Below, in pieces: positions 12,369-26,352 of a stretch of DNA of 64,000 bases. The notes beneath the pieces are model-generated. The model was not told the DNA's origin. It saw only the letters and a program-made list of their open reading frames with translations, and made no database searches. The DNA lies in the NCBI RefSeq assembly GCF_036321535.1, contig NC_087447.1:40116001-40180000 (forward strand), read 5' to 3'. Source of the DNA: Camelus dromedarius. Lineage: Eukaryota. Every line of letters starts with the position of its first letter. Within the stretch, counting starts at the first letter, position 1. A program made the position numbers and the translations under genes.

Positions 12369-12588
12369 CAGTGGACCCTTGAACAATTTAGATTTGAACT
12401 GCATGGGTCCACTTACATGCAGTTTATTTTTCAACAGTAAATACTGCAGTCCTACCCGATCTGTGGTTGGTTGAATCTACCGATGCGGGGAAATGCCAGT
12501 ACAGAAGGCTGTGTATAAGTTATACATGGGTTTTCAACCCCATGGAGAGTCAGAGTCCCTAACCCCCAAGTTGTCCAGGGATCAACTG
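12369..12588 (+). mobile_element. Tigger2-family MITE (MER8-like)
   Basis: Imperfect TIRs cagtggacccttgaacaa / ttgtccagggatcaactg, flanked by TA on both sides. Confidence 0.85.
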
Positions 12589-13255
12589 TATTCACATAGG
12601 AGAAAGTCTACAATAAAATGTTTCAAAATGTTAACTATGATTTCCTCAGGATGGGGGATAATGGGTGATTTAATTTTCCTTCTTTATACACTTTCATTTA
12701 TTTACCCATTTTTCTACACTGAGCCTATATTACTTGTGTAAACAGAAAAAAAGCTGAAGTGTGGGTAGGTAATGATCAAGCAGTAGAGGAGGTATTGGCT
12801 AAGAGCTGCCGGGGGGCACTATCACAAGCCGTCCACAAATCCAATGGCTCAGTCACTCTGCTGACATCCAAGAGCCTGGGGAAAGGACTTGGAAACCACA
12901 GACGGTTGGCCCTGTACCGGGCACCCCTGCTAACAGGGCCCTGTGGACATGAGGTGCACAGCTTTCACATGGCTAAGCACACAGTCCCATCCTTGGCACG
13001 TGGGAAAGCTCTTCTGGGCTTCTCATGAGAATCAGTGCAGCCACTCCCCTGGGAGCTGACATCTGGAGTAGGTGACACCCCAGAGGCCAGCTGAGCAGAC
13101 TGAGGCAGAGGGACCCTCCGTGCAAGGGAGTAGAGCCCTCATCACCTGAGTCTCAATCCCTCCAAAGCCAGAAATGCCCTAACTTGCAGAATCCTCAAAA
13201 ACATTCTCCTTTCAGAAGCCTCCCATTGCACCACTGCTTTCAAGACAAAACGTAC

Positions 13256-13344
13256 CTCTTTTTGTTGCTTCAGCTCTGCCCGTCTCTTCCGTTGCTGACT
13301 ATTGCTTTTACAGTGAATGAAATGAGGCTTGCAGAAAAACTTGC
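13256..13344 (-). CDS. MICAL2: MICAL2 exon, LIM C-terminus ([30 protein letters not shown]), 89 nt
   Basis: Final LIM ligands CxxH; cag/GTACGT; phase 1 to 0. Confidence 0.95.
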
Positions 13345-13934
13345 CTGTAAAAAGAAACACACACAAACAGACACACACAGGTTTTCCCCCTGTAAACCAG
13401 AGCCACAACAGAACATAAACCAAGTCCCCGTCACCATCTAGGTCAGAAAACGCCACTAATGGAAACAAGCCCAGGAAGGCACAAACTTGGAAAATGGTTT
13501 CTGTCACCTGCCTTAAAGAAGTGGCACTGAGAGGAGGCAGAAGGACCCTTTGCTGCCTCAGAGGCAGGTTGTAGCAACAGAGGGGCTCCCGGGGCTGGGG
13601 CAGCAACCCTCAGATAATCCCCAAACCAAACAGAGGCCACGTCTCTTCCTAAGGCCAGCTTCCAGACAGCAAAATGGACAGCCTTGCCTAGCAACCCTGG
13701 TTCTAGTTCCTCTTCTTTCTGGGACCCATGGGGTGTGAGGTTGGGAAAGACACAGAACAGATGGTGGCACTGAGGGGTAGAAAAACCAAGGCAAGGCACA
13801 CACTGGGCCACTGGCCACTGCCCAGGACCACTGGGAACCTCCCAGAGAAGTCTTCTTTGCTCACTGTTACAAGGACAAAGACAGTGATGGGAATGATAAG
13901 AATAGGGAAATTCTGTGTAGGACTCAATACACCA

Positions 13935-14130
13935 GACACTATGCCAAATGCTCCCCATGAATTAACTTACCCACCCTCACAACGACCTTATGAGCTGGTA
14001 TTACTGCCCTCATTTTTTTTTTTTTATAGATGAGGAAACTGAGGGACCAAGAGGTTAGGTAACAGGCCCAAGGTCGAATGGCTAGTAAGTGGATTACATA
14101 GTCTGGATTTGAACCCAGGCAGTTAGTTTG
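13935..14130 (-). mobile_element. MIR SINE
   Basis: Core atagatgaggaaactgagg...cccaaggtc...ctagtaagtgg...ggatttgaacccaggcag. Confidence 0.85.
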
Positions 14131-14658
14131 AGGGAATGGGATCACAGGTGCTGAAATTATATGACAGTGCAAAGCTCAAGTGCTGAACATTAGACAATCC
14201 CTCACTCCAGTGAGTGCAGTACCAGGGGGCATGTGACAGTTATGGCCATTTTTACAGTACATACTTTATACATAATGACATTGACATCCCATCACTTATC
14301 GAGCCTCCACTCATGTCAGGAGTGGTGCCGAGCGTGTGACACAGGTTATCGGGTTTGATTTTCTCAACCACACAGGGGCGATAGAAGGAGGTGAGACCAA
14401 GTAAGAAAGCACATGTAAAACACTCAGCGCATGGGAGGTGCCCCCAGTGCTAGTGCACCCCCGGTGCTGACAGCTCCCTTTCCCTCAGGACCCCTGCCCG
14501 CCCCAGGCCACCTCTCTCTTTAGCAGGGGATTTCCGTTCCCCGAACAGCTTTCCTGATGACACCATTACTCCCTGGGAAGGGCTGGGTGTCCCAGAGCCT
14601 CCAGAGGGACAGGAGCCCAGGCCAGAGCTGAGTGCTGTCCTGGCCCCTGAGGGGTTAC

Positions 14659-14845
14659 CTTCATCACCGTCGAAGGCGTAGGCGGCCAGGCGCAAGGTGG
14701 TGGCGCAGACACTGCAGCGGAAGCACTCCCGGTGGAAGAAATGGCCCTCCGCGCTCAGCCGCTCCATCACGTACACCCGCTTCTTACAGAAGTAGCAGGT
14801 GTCGCTGCCACCCAGGTTCAGAGGAAACACCTTCCGTACAGATTC
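14659..14845 (-). CDS. MICAL2: MICAL2 exon, LIM domain ([47 protein letters not shown]...DGDE), 187 nt
   Basis: LIM zinc ligands CxxC...HxxCxxCxxC; cag/GTAAC; phase 0 to 1. Confidence 0.96.
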
Positions 14846-15842
14846 CTGGGGGGCACAGAGCGTGGGAAGAGAAGAGCAGCACATTATGTTGTCCAACGCG
14901 AGGCTAGGCTTTTGGAAATGCCGACCTGAATCACGGGGACCTCACAGGCTCTGCGTTGCTTTTATCACCACAGGCGTTGCAGCAAAGAGCGAGGGTGGGA
15001 AGATACAGACCCCAGCCCTGTGGGGGCAGCTGTTAATTGTACTCCCAGGCAGCCTGGCCTCTCTGGTTTCTGGGTGGGAGTGACATCTCCTGGTCTGATG
15101 GAGTGGACATCCCTCACAAAGATGCCTGCCCAGGGATGCTCTCTCCAGGATTCTGACCCAGGGGTTAAGTGTTGCCTGGGTCTAGAATGAGGTCACTGAA
15201 AGAATGTTTTCTACATCTCTGTCCCCCTGCGGTGACATAGGTCATGTGAGGAATGTCTGCGGCATCAAAACTGTTCAAGAGAACAGTAGAAGGGGAGAAG
15301 GCTGTGTCCTGCAACCCGCCAGGCTGCCAGTCAAATTCCTAAATGCAAGGGTGGAGGGCGAGGGCTGGGGCACACCTGGGTGGTTCCAGGGGAACGTGCC
15401 CAAAGGAAACCAAGAGAATTGTCAACTCAAATCACTGGTGAGGGCAGTGAGCCGTGTCACTTGGAGAAGGGGAAAATTCAGAGGAAAGGGGGGGTTTTCC
15501 TCCATCACTTAATTCTCAATCCAATCCAGACTGGACACTAAACACTGACAATAAGGGATGCCCAATTATTTGGATGGCCTCACCTGGCCTTTTCCACTGA
15601 GTTCTCCAGAGCCTCAGGCAGCAGGGAAAATGCTCTACTTTGTGAAATGACCCACAATGGGGCTGAGTCTTGTCTATAAGTAAACATAGCCTCCTGCTAA
15701 CCTCTGCTCTGACCCAGCCCATTCTCAGCCCCTTTTTTCCCATGAGAAGGGGGGCCAGGCCATCCTCTCCGCATCCCGTGCACCCTCCCTGGAGGCCAGA
15801 GCTGGTGTCTGAGGGTGAAGGCTGAGGGGTGTATGTCCTTAC

Positions 15843-15950
15843 CAGGTCTGGAGAGGCGGCCTGAGTCTTAGGTCTGTGATCATTCATGTACAGATTGACC
15901 AGAACTTCAGCTGCAGCCCCTATTCCGCTGGACACTTTCCCTACCGTCAG
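15843..15950 (-). CDS. MICAL2: MICAL2 exon ([36 protein letters not shown]), 108 nt
   Basis: TGCTAAC branch-like site, tag acceptor, CTG|GTAAGG donor; phase 0 to 0. Confidence 0.92.
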
Positions 15951-18900
15951 CTACCCAACAGCAGAGATAGAGGAGACAGAGACAAAGGTAGAGGCCAGTT
16001 AGCACCGAGAAGGAAAACACGAACAAGCTGGATGTGGAAGAGGGTTCCACACCCACGTGCAAACAGCACTCAACGTCCTGGGAGAGGCATAACCAGCCTG
16101 GAGCAGGCAGCGGGCACTCTGCAGATGGAGAAAAGAGAGAAACGGAGCCCTGCGGCCCCAATTGAGCAGCGTGACTCAGAGCCACAGCGGGCGGGGTACG
16201 ATGTCTTCAGGAGTTCAGGTTGCTTGGTTCACAGAGAGGGGATCGAATCCTAGAGGAAGGAATCTGTCCAAGGCCACTTTGCAAATAAGCACAAGATCCA
16301 GGACTCTGCTCAGGTCTCCTGAGCCCCAGCCCGTGTGCCTTCACACTCAGGAACCAAGCCCTCACAGACAGCTGCACGGCAGCTGCCGTCCCAGAGTCCC
16401 CTCCTCTCTGGAAGGCTGAGCTGCTGCTTAGTGAGCACTGGGGCCCCCAGACCTGGAGGGCTAGGACCCCACTCCACCACTAACCGGTTCTGAGACCAGG
16501 CACAAAGCTCTCAACTCCTGAGCTCAGTGTCCTCATTCAGTGAAATGAGGATAAACAGTGCCTGCCTCACAGAGCTGTGGCCAAAACTAAGTGGGAGAAC
16601 TACTGTCTGAGCACCTGGCACTGGGCAGGGCTGGGTCAAGATGAACTTGACTCCTCCCTCCCTTCTTCCTTTGAATTCAGCAGCCCCAGCCTGCCTTGTA
16701 GCTCCTGGGTCCTAGCGAGCAATGGCTATGTCTGACCTGAGTCCCATCAGGTCAGGACTGCAGATCACCTTGCCAACAAAAACAGCGACTAGAATGGGAG
16801 TGAATGCTGGTCCCCACTGGGCAGGTGGAGGGAGCAGGACCAGGAGCTCCAGGCAGCAGTGCCCAGAGGCCTCAGAGCTGGTGCCAGGCAAGTCAGCTCC
16901 ACGCTGGCCCTGGGGATCACAGCCTGGTGGCCTGTGGGTGCCTGTGCTCCAGAGGGCATGATGGTTCATGCCTACCTGCATCCCCAGCAACACATCACAG
17001 AGCTGGGGAAGGGGTGGGAGCTGACAGCCCACACAGACGTGGCACAATCACACATACACCCCTGGGCAAACCCCAACTTGCTCCCCCTTCTCCCACCACC
17101 TAGGAAAGGCCAGCCTGGAGACACTGCAGTCTCCACTGCAGGACAGACATGTACAGTCTGAGGTTTTCTCTGTAAGCGCTGTTCCTCATCCCAAGACCCT
17201 GGAGGGAGGGAGGCTCCAGATCTCCCCTGCCTCTGCATCGAGCTTCCGGAAGATACAGCCACAGAGAGCCGTGATTTAGGCTCAAGGCCCTCGGACGCAG
17301 GCTTTTAGCTCTCTTGATGGCAAGTTCACAGTGACTTGTATGCGAAGGAAGGCCCTCAATCTAAACCCAAGGCTGCTCTTGGAAGGCCACGTCAAACCTG
17401 CTGTGAAAGCCTCAACTATAAAGCAGGAGGTTCAGGGAACAGCAAAGTGAATGGCAGTGGGGGCCCACAGCTCCCCGACTCCTAGAAGCAGCATCTACCC
17501 CCAGAACCAGAGGCCACTTCATTGGGTTCCAGCAAAAGCACAGGCACTAAAAGAGGATGAGGAGGGAAAGGCTGCCAGCAGGCTGGGGAGAAAGACAAGG
17601 CCCAGGAGGCACCTGCCCACTTTCTCATTAAGGAGGCCCCAGCACCAACAGCCACTTTGGATTAGTCGCTCCAGATCACATGAAGGCTCTGAGGGACTGT
17701 GAGGATGTGGCCAGGGACCTGCTGGGGGGTCCGATCCCACCTCTCAGACAGATGGGACCTCCTCAGACTCAACAAAGCCTGCCCCTTCTCAGTAGCAGTA
17801 GCTGCCAAGCCAGTTACCCCTCTCCCCAAAGCCGGCCTCACCTGGGAGAGATTAGAATTCTGCTTCTAAGCACACACTCTGCCATTTTCAGGATTTCACA
17901 AATGCCAAGAAACTTGGCTCCTGCTTCTAAAGGAGGTCCAGGTGCACCGGCTAAGGACAATACGCTGTTATTTGCCTGATGTTCCATCCCCTGCTGGGGC
18001 CCCCAATACAGGCCCCTGGGACAGGAGCTACAGAACAGCAAGGCCTTCCTGGGTTTACATCAGAATGAAGAGGGGAGGTCAGAACTACCCCCTTGCCCAC
18101 ACTCCCCTCGTGCAGCTGCCTCCATTGACCCAGTGTGTGAACCGGCTCTGCGGTGCTCTCCCAGGAAGGCACCGTGTAATGCCACGTACCCACGCGCAAT
18201 TACTGCCTCCCCCGAGTGAGCCAAGGTTGAGACTGGACTTTCTGGGGCTTTAAATACAAGTCCCTAACGAGACCTCATTAGCCATTTAGCTAATAAGCAC
18301 TTTGTGCCGCTGAGCTTCCGTGCAATCCTGACTTAGGGAGCAATCACTGAAGCCAGGAGAGGGCCGTGAGGAGGCGGGGGCCCTGCTGAAACACATGTGT
18401 GCCGTTGCAGTCCTGCTCAGTTGCTCTACAAACACGGGGCCTGGCCAGGGGATCCAGGATGAAGACCACGCCTGGTCCTTTCATCATGGGCCCTTACTCA
18501 TACAAGACTCCTTTCTCCCAGTTGCATCCACATTCCCACCCTGTGACAGCGCCTTTCTTAAAAATTATGAAGTGAAAGCACCCTTAGGGGAAGCAGCATT
18601 GGCACTCCCATATGCCCTTCCCAGCCAGATGGAAACCATGCCAGAATCACCAAGGCCAAGAGGTAGACCAGGACTTCCTGAAAGGTTACAAGGAGACCAG
18701 GCGATGGATAACTTATCTCAAGAGGTGCCCTTTGAAGCCCACCCCAGAGACTAGTGTGAAGGCAACACTACCGTGGGATCTTGGGTTACCTCCTGTTTTC
18801 TGACAGCCGGATGCCTCACGGGCTGTAAGACAGCAAGGCCGTGACCAGCTAGACTCGTGCTAACTCAGTGCTCCTCAAACTATTCGTGGTGAATGACCAG

Positions 18901-20599
18901 GCTTTGCTTCTTCTTTTTAAATCTCTAATCCACTGCAGCCTGACACTTCCGGATACAATGAAAATGAATTACTAGAAATATGATCAGGCACTTGGATGTG
19001 TGGCAATGTCACACTGCTCTACAAGTGTCTAAGGCTTACTCTCTCTTGCTGTGCTCACTAAGTCACAGACCAGTTCCTGCCCACAGCCCACATTTTGAGT
19101 AGCCCCGCTCTAATAAACTAGAGAATCAATGGGCCTTGAGCATCCTGAGGAAGAAAAGATACTCCATTCATGGAGAAACCTTCAGAAAACTCGTACTGGT
19201 GTAAGAGCCAGAGGTCCTCAACAAGGTGATGGCTGCACTGGAGGGCAAAAGCAGGTAAGCTCCTGGGGAGGGCTGGTCAAGAGGAGCACTTACAATTGGG
19301 CTGGGAATAATTTGTCTAAACACCAAGTTGGAGAGTCAGATGATATGGCCAGAAACGAAACCGTCCCAGTCACTAGTTTTTTGAGAACTAATTTTGCCAC
19401 CCTTTATGCATTTTTTCAATATTCTTGTAATTTTTGAAGAACCAGGGTATTTCTCACTACCTTTGTTCCCTTGAAGTCTAGTTATTTTCAGCTAATTATC
19501 TAGAACAAGCTGGAACGGTTGGATACTTCGGGAGGACCATCAGCTAACATGACATCAGATTAACCTCACAGGCATCATTTCCCTTCTGTGAGCCTCAGCT
19601 TCCTCATCTATAAAATGGGGAGACTGCCCCCATCCTCACAGGGCTGTGAAGGAGTCATCAAAGGATCTGGGCCAAGCCTCTCATGGTGCTGGGCTCCCAA
19701 GAAGCACTTGGCAGATGATTAATGAGTCCAAAGCACCAACATTGCTGCAGCTTCAAATTTCCATGTCCTGGAACTTCTTTTTCCTCTGCTGGGTGGAGTT
19801 TACTCAGGGAAAATCATGGCTGCTTGCGTAGCCCCCTCTGCAGTAAGACTTACGTGGCCCACCCAGGTGAGTGCACTGGCTTCTCTCCTGCAAGTCAACC
19901 CACTTGCACACATGATGACGTTAACTGTCATCACAAGCACTGTCGCCAGAGGCTGCAGGAGATGACTGGTCCTCCACAAAGAGGCATTCCCGAGACTGCC
20001 CTGTCACCCCTAGCTCAGAATATGACAGTCCCTGCCTGCATGCTGGAGATTTTCTCACCCTCCTGTTTGCACTCCCTGATGTCAAGACCTGTCTTACTCA
20101 TCTGTGCTCCTGGCACAGGGCAGATGCTCTGAAAGGAGGCCCAGGAGCCTGCTTGTTTCCAAACAATCTTAATATCCCCCCTCGGGCCTGGAACTCAGCC
20201 AAGATGACCAGCTGCCCAGACTGTCCTTCTCCACAGAGCTGGGCCATCTCTGGCCACCTGGCCTGCAGTGCATATCAGGAAGCTCACACAGGTCAGGCAG
20301 GGCTGGGAGCAGAACTTCCAGGGCCTCGGAGCTGAGGGCTCAAGGGAAGGAGAGGTAGGGCCAGAGGAGGTCTCCCAGGCCTACTTGAGCAAAGACATTC
20401 CTCACTGAGGAGTCCCTGGATTTGAAACATCAGAGGACAGGCTGGGGGGCCTGAGTTCTCAGCCATAATATGCTCAGGGCAAGGACTGAAAGTGCCTTGT
20501 TTAAGGGGTCTGGAAACGACACCCTCAGAGTTGAGATGCAGGCAGGTCTTTGAGGCTCTGACCTTCCAGTGGCCACCCATGTCTGTGCCTACGTCCCCT

Positions 20600-20755
20600 G
20601 GTGCTGGGCACTGAGCTGCACTGAACCCTCATGGCCTTGCAAAGTGGGTCTGATAATCCCCCTTCACTGACGGGGCAGCCGAGGTTCAGGGAGGCTCTAA
20701 CTCAGGCTGCACTGTTCCTAAGTGGCTGGAATGGAAATGGAAACCTGAGGGTAAC
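20600..20755 (-). mobile_element. MIR SINE (sense to MICAL2), host of the vestigial exon
   Basis: Diverged but colinear with the MIR core (GCCACTTA...CCTC...GGGGATTAT). Confidence 0.7.
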
Positions 20756-20763
20756 TTCTTTGC
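20701..20763 (-). pseudogene. MICAL2: Probable vestigial MIR-derived MICAL2 exon (AKKLPSGFHFHSSHLGTVQPE) lacking an in-frame GT donor
   Basis: Pyrimidine tract plus aag acceptor; peptide resembles recalled human exon EKKSPSGFHFHPSHLRTVHPQ; followed by TTAGAG rather than GT. Confidence 0.65.
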
Positions 20764-23700
20764 CTTTAGAAAGAGAGGAATAAATATTCACTTTAGGTAA
20801 GTGAGTTTTCTTCTAGAATTCTTCTCCACTGGGGAAAGAGCACATTTGTGGCCTTTGATATATGCTAGGTCTTTGCGTTATTCCAATCACTCTCGGGAGT
20901 AGCTGCTGTCACCGCCATCCTATCGGTTAGGAAACCAAGGTGCCGAGAGGTCCACTAACTCGTCCAAGGTCACATAGCAAGTAATGGGTGCTCTGAACCC
21001 AAGTGTGACTCCAAGCCCTTATAGTATCCTGCCTCCCCGAGACGCACGGGCGCTCTGCACAGTAAAATCCCCCAGGCTGGGACGCACACAGGACACCTCT
21101 AAAGGGCTGCCTAGCTCCATCCCCAGAACAGAGAGAACAATGGGGTTGGAGCCAGCCTTGAGTTCTATCCCTGTAGCAGGTGAAACAGGCAGACTGCCCA
21201 GCCAAGACTCACCCAGCTTCTCCCTAATATGCAAATCTCTAGGTAAACCCCGCAAATCCAGTTTTAAAACAAACACCCCAGGGATAGAGAAAGCTCCTTT
21301 TGCAATGCACATTGCTCTTCTGACCTAGGAAGACTAAACCACATTCCCCAGCCTAGTGAGGCCTTTCCTCTTGCTCAGCTGTGCAAACACTCGGCTACCA
21401 TCTTGATCTTGCAAGAGCTCACCAGCCTTGGCAGATGGCTAGGCTAGCAGCCATGCTAGAGGCCAAACTGGCAGTGGCCTCCTGCTTTGAAGAAAGAAGT
21501 TAGTTAACTAAGGGTTGATGGGGTTGAGCACTACAGGAGGGCTGATTTGATGGGATGAATGATCAGATTGGGCATGATCCCATAGTCTAAGGTCTTAAAA
21601 GATAAGACTCCAGTAAGAATCTGGGTCCTAAATGAGAGGGCCTCAAAATTCCCTGTGACTGTTCAGACCAAAAACCCAGCTCCATCACTCTGAATTTTAA
21701 GGTGGAACGTAAATCTGAGAAGGTAGTCAAGTGTAGTGTGAAGGCAGAACCTTGGCTACATCTCTTGGAATTGGTGACCCAAGTTTGCACCCCTGTGAAT
21801 CCCTGTGAGTAACACAAGTTTGACTGTCTTTATCTATGAGGAGATGATTATTCCTGGAGCCTCAGAATTCAGGTGTTGGGACCTGGGGCAGGAACAGAAA
21901 CACACTGCCTCCCAGGTGGTTGCCAAGAGCTAAGCCTCTGTTTCCAAGTGCATTTTCCTTCCTCTGGCTCCCCTGAATTGAGGCAAACTTGAGTCACTGG
22001 GCAATCAGAGCAGCCCATAATCTGCTGGGAAAAAGCATTAAGGACCCCAGGCTCTCTCCAGGGAAGAGGCTCTCTGAGCTCCACTAGGGCTGAACGAAAT
22101 TGTCACTAGGGTGTCACCTACATTGAGGGGCAGCCAATTCTCTCCTCATAGGAGCCATCACTCTGCCTGATTCTGCACATGCAAAGCCCAGTGTTAAATC
22201 AATAGTGGGGTGGGGTCCAGGAGATGGAGGGAAATTGTGGGTGGGGGCTGGGAGTAGGGGGCAGTGCAGCTTTCCAAGACCTTTCCAAGACTGCTTTAAG
22301 CTGGAAATTTACCTCTCCGTACTTAACTGCTTACAATAGCTTCACAGCGAGATCTGGAGGGCTCTGTGGGGATCAGGTCCAGGCTGGGTCCTTTTCACAA
22401 ATGGAGAAACAAAGGCATAGACAGGGGAAGTCTCCCAGCATGGCCTTTTCTGAGAGCTCCCCAATCATTCCCAGCTGCACAGTGAAAGGCTCATCAGCCT
22501 GTAATTAGTAAGTCAGGAGCTATCCAAACAGCCCAATTACACCATCATCTGATGGCCAAGGCTGGCTCGGAAACTGGAATAAAAGAAAACAGGGGATGAT
22601 TGTTCTACCCCAACCTGGGAGAAACAAAGAACAAAGCTGTAGAGGTGGGGCCCTGGGCTCTGGTACTGGTCACCCCAAGGCCCACCCACCCCATGTGTAG
22701 CCCTCCTTGAGCCTGGGCTTGGGGCTCTACACGCTCATGGCCTCTGGGCTGGACCCTTTGACAAGGCCTCCATTCACACGGGGGTTTTGTGGTACAAGAA
22801 GAGAACACTGGGCCGAAGTCAGAAGCCCTGGGAATTCGTCTCCTCCGTCCCTTTGTTTTCCTATCTGTGGCTCTGCTCCTGCTCAATTCTTTTTCCCAGT
22901 AAGAGCCCTCTTGCCAACCCCATTTAAAATTGCTACCCTAGCCCAGCATGCCAGGTCCCTGCTACCTGCTTTATTTTTCCTATTGGAAAAACTGTCTTCT
23001 GATACATTATATAATTTACATCTATACATTATTGTTGATTGTTTACCTCCCCTACTAGGAAGCAAGCCTCATCAGGAAGGTAACTCCTGATTATTACTCT
23101 GCTCTCAACTCTGGGAGGGCAGTGACCAAGCCAGGCCTTCACAAGGACAAAAGACAAGCAGAGGCAAGAGAGGGCATGTCCTGGGTGACCCAGAAAGGGA
23201 CAGGGCCAGAGAGAAGCCAGGTGTGGGCCCAGCTGCCCAGCCAGGAGCACCAGCCACTGCCTGTCTGTGCCCAGATGCCCTTGCCCCTCCCATTGTCCTG
23301 TCAAGGGTGCTGATGACATTTTCCACAGCAGGAAGTACTCCCCTCCCAAGCTGGGCACAAATGCTACTCAGGTCTTGGTGATGGTGCTGCCAGTCTCTGC
23401 CCATACAGCTCACTATCATGTGAGCCAGGAATCACCCTCCTGTTGATGAGGAAATGGAGACCCAGACAGGTCAGAAGACTGAAGGTCAAATAGCTGACCA
23501 ATGCTGACCTGGAACAAGATGCCGGGCACCCCAGCCTGGGCTGCTTTCAGTAGAGCTGATGATGGGACATGTTTGTTATTTCTCCACATCCCCTCCCTCT
23601 GGCTTCCCAGGGCAGCTCCTTTCTTGGAGACCCTGCCTGCATTCTTCTCCCCCACGGAGGGGAGGTTAGTGTGGGTGGGACTCCCAGGAGGCAGCTCCTA

Positions 23701-24938
23701 ATTTCCCACTCACACAAGAGCAGGTTGCTGGTTTGTGCTTCAGCCTAACAGGGTGGAAACAAAGGAGCTGTAACTCTGACGGACACACTCAGCCCTGCAC
23801 ACAGAGACGAGCACAGGTGGGAGCAGACAGATTGGAGGTGTTCAGAGGAGCAGTCTTCCCAGAAGAGTCCCCAACCTACTCCTGTGAGCAACAGATAAAC
23901 AACTGGGCTTCACGTCCATTCTTAGGTTCATCTATTCCAGGAGCCAAGCTTCTCCGGAGACTGTCCCCTCCCACCCCAGCCTGGTGGTGTTCTTAGCACA
24001 TTAGGTAACAAGAAGACAAGTGGAAAACATGAAAAGTGCTCCAGGACCCAAATTTAATCAATGCTTATGGATGTATTTCATTATCTACTCAACCAACATT
24101 AGCTCCCCACCAGCTCTCCAACCTCTGCCCTGCTACCTGCATCATCCTTCAGAACTCAGAGCAGATCCTTCCGTGACTCTTTACAAGAGGGTAGAATGAA
24201 TTCCTTTAACACAAAAAGAGTGGGCTGATTTTCACCCTCATTCTTCACACTCCCACAAATACTTTCATCCCCAAATCAAGTTGCACCAGAATTATCTTTC
24301 CATCCACACAAGTTCTGTCTGCCTTCCTTTGCACATTCTCCTTAAAATACCATTCCCTGCACTTTGTTCTAGCAAAATCCACCCCCAACGTAATCTTCAA
24401 CACTTGGCTCCCATATTACCTCCTCTGTGAATCCTTCCCAGGTTCTCCCTTCTGGGTTTCTAGAATCTTGCCTTTTACCTCTGATAGAATTAACAAATAG
24501 TATTGTATTAGATTTACCATACGAAATCAGCATCTTGTTAGGTCAGAACCAGCTAAATATTGGCAATTTCATATGGTAAAATGTGACACATTTCTATGCT
24601 GGTGTGCCATTTGCCATCTACACCATAGTCAGAGGACTGTACCTCCCTCCTCTCTGTTTTCTCAGTACCCTGCACAGTGGTTGGCACATGGTGGGGTGCC
24701 CAATAAATGCTTGGTGGGTGAGCAATCACTGTTTGATAGGTTTTGTGTGCTGCCTCTTCCACCATGTTTCTTGCTCCCACACAAAACCAACCAAACCCAG
24801 GGTTGTTGTCAAGTAGCTTATAAATTTTCATCCCAGGCAAGCCAAAATTCAGGTGATTGTCTGTGTAGGTCAAGCAGAGCAGGAGAACATCTCAGGACAT
24901 GCAGGGAGTGGGGGAAGCCAATTGTTCAGGACAACTAC

Positions 24939-25064
24939 CTTTCTGGCAGGAGAAACAGAGTCAACAGTCGACGGAGAGGAAGGAGCAGCTGAATCAGGAG
25001 ATGGAAGGCAGGAGGGAGAAGACGAAGGATGAGTATGAGACAGGCTTTTAGAGAGTAGTTTATT
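24939..25064 (-). CDS. MICAL2: MICAL2 exon ([42 protein letters not shown]), 126 nt
   Basis: cag/GTAGTT; phase 0 to 0. Confidence 0.9.
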
Positions 25065-26250
25065 CTGCACAGAACAGAAACAGAAGAAACTCTGATTATC
25101 CCCAGGGAAATGCACAGCGATGCTCGCCTCGATGGTGCAGCCCCCAAGCTTACACATCCAAGGAGGGGAATGGACATCCAGGCCCAGGTCTCAGGACAAA
25201 AAGCTAGAGCCTCTGTCTTTGGAGCCCAGCAGGACTGTCTGGCTCCTGGTTACACTGCATTCTGCTACAACTATTCTGGCTCCCTCCTCACATCAAAATA
25301 GCTGGAGCCAATCCAGCCTGTTACTGCCAACATCGGCCGCAGACACCAGCACTAACACTTGAAGCCAGCTGCAAGCTTAGGCAAGGACAACTCCAGGCTA
25401 CTTGGACTCCCTAGCAGGAACCTCTGCAGATGCATGGAACCCTAAAAATGAACTAAAGGCAAAGTAGCCTTCCCAGGTCTACGACTCTGCTGAGTACCTC
25501 GGGCACAAGTCCGGAGGAGACTGAGTGAGAGCAGCAGAGGAGGTGTGTTCTAGAGACCAGGCTTGCTGCAAGCAAGGGAATACCGTAGACACACAGGCAC
25601 CATGGGGCCCCATCCTCAACCCTGTCATCTCCTTGCGAGCACACGCTCTTCTTTTCAGCAAGTTTCTAAATAAGTACCTGGCCTGGAGGGGGGCTGTGCT
25701 TCCTATTCTAAGGCAAGGCCATTCTCCCTGGCTGGTGCTGCCTTTTGGGAAAGCAGAGGGCAGGTTACTAATGTGGTGGACCTCAGCATTCAGGGTCTCC
25801 CTGATCAAGGCCACAGGGAGATTTCTGCATCGTGCCCCAAACATCATGAGCAACTGGTTTGCCTTCACTTCGAAGGTACTGTGATGTGATTCCTGTAACA
25901 GACCAGCTTTCCTTCCTTGTGTTGACTCCTGGGAAGCTCAGCCTACTCAGAAGCTGTCTAGGACTTAACAGCACACAGTTTCTGTTCCGTAATGTTTTCC
26001 TGAGACCTGAGCCCATTTTTCTGCCTTGGTTTTCCCTTTGTCATGACTTATCTATTTATTTTGAATCTTCTCATTTGGGGTATTTTTAATCCAAATTCTT
26101 TGGTGGCTTAAAAAGTAAATTAAGGACCTCAGGCTATAAAGGGAGGAGGAAGGAAGAAATGAAGCTCCAGAGGCTGATTTATGGTCACCTCCCTTATGTC
26201 TAGATGTCCAACCCCAGGCTTCCTGGGGGCTCTGAAAGCCCCGTGTTTAC

Positions 26251-26352
26251 CTGTGGGAAATCCCCGTATCCAAACATGGAGGCGAGGTGAGCCGCCTTCT
26301 CCTTAATGTTCTTTTTGTGAAATTCCCTGTTGGCCAAGTTCTGAGCCCTCTT
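26251..26352 (-). CDS. MICAL2: MICAL2 exon ([34 protein letters not shown]), 102 nt
   Basis: Read manually; long pyrimidine tract plus cag; CAG|GTAAAC; phase 0 to 0. Confidence 0.92.
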
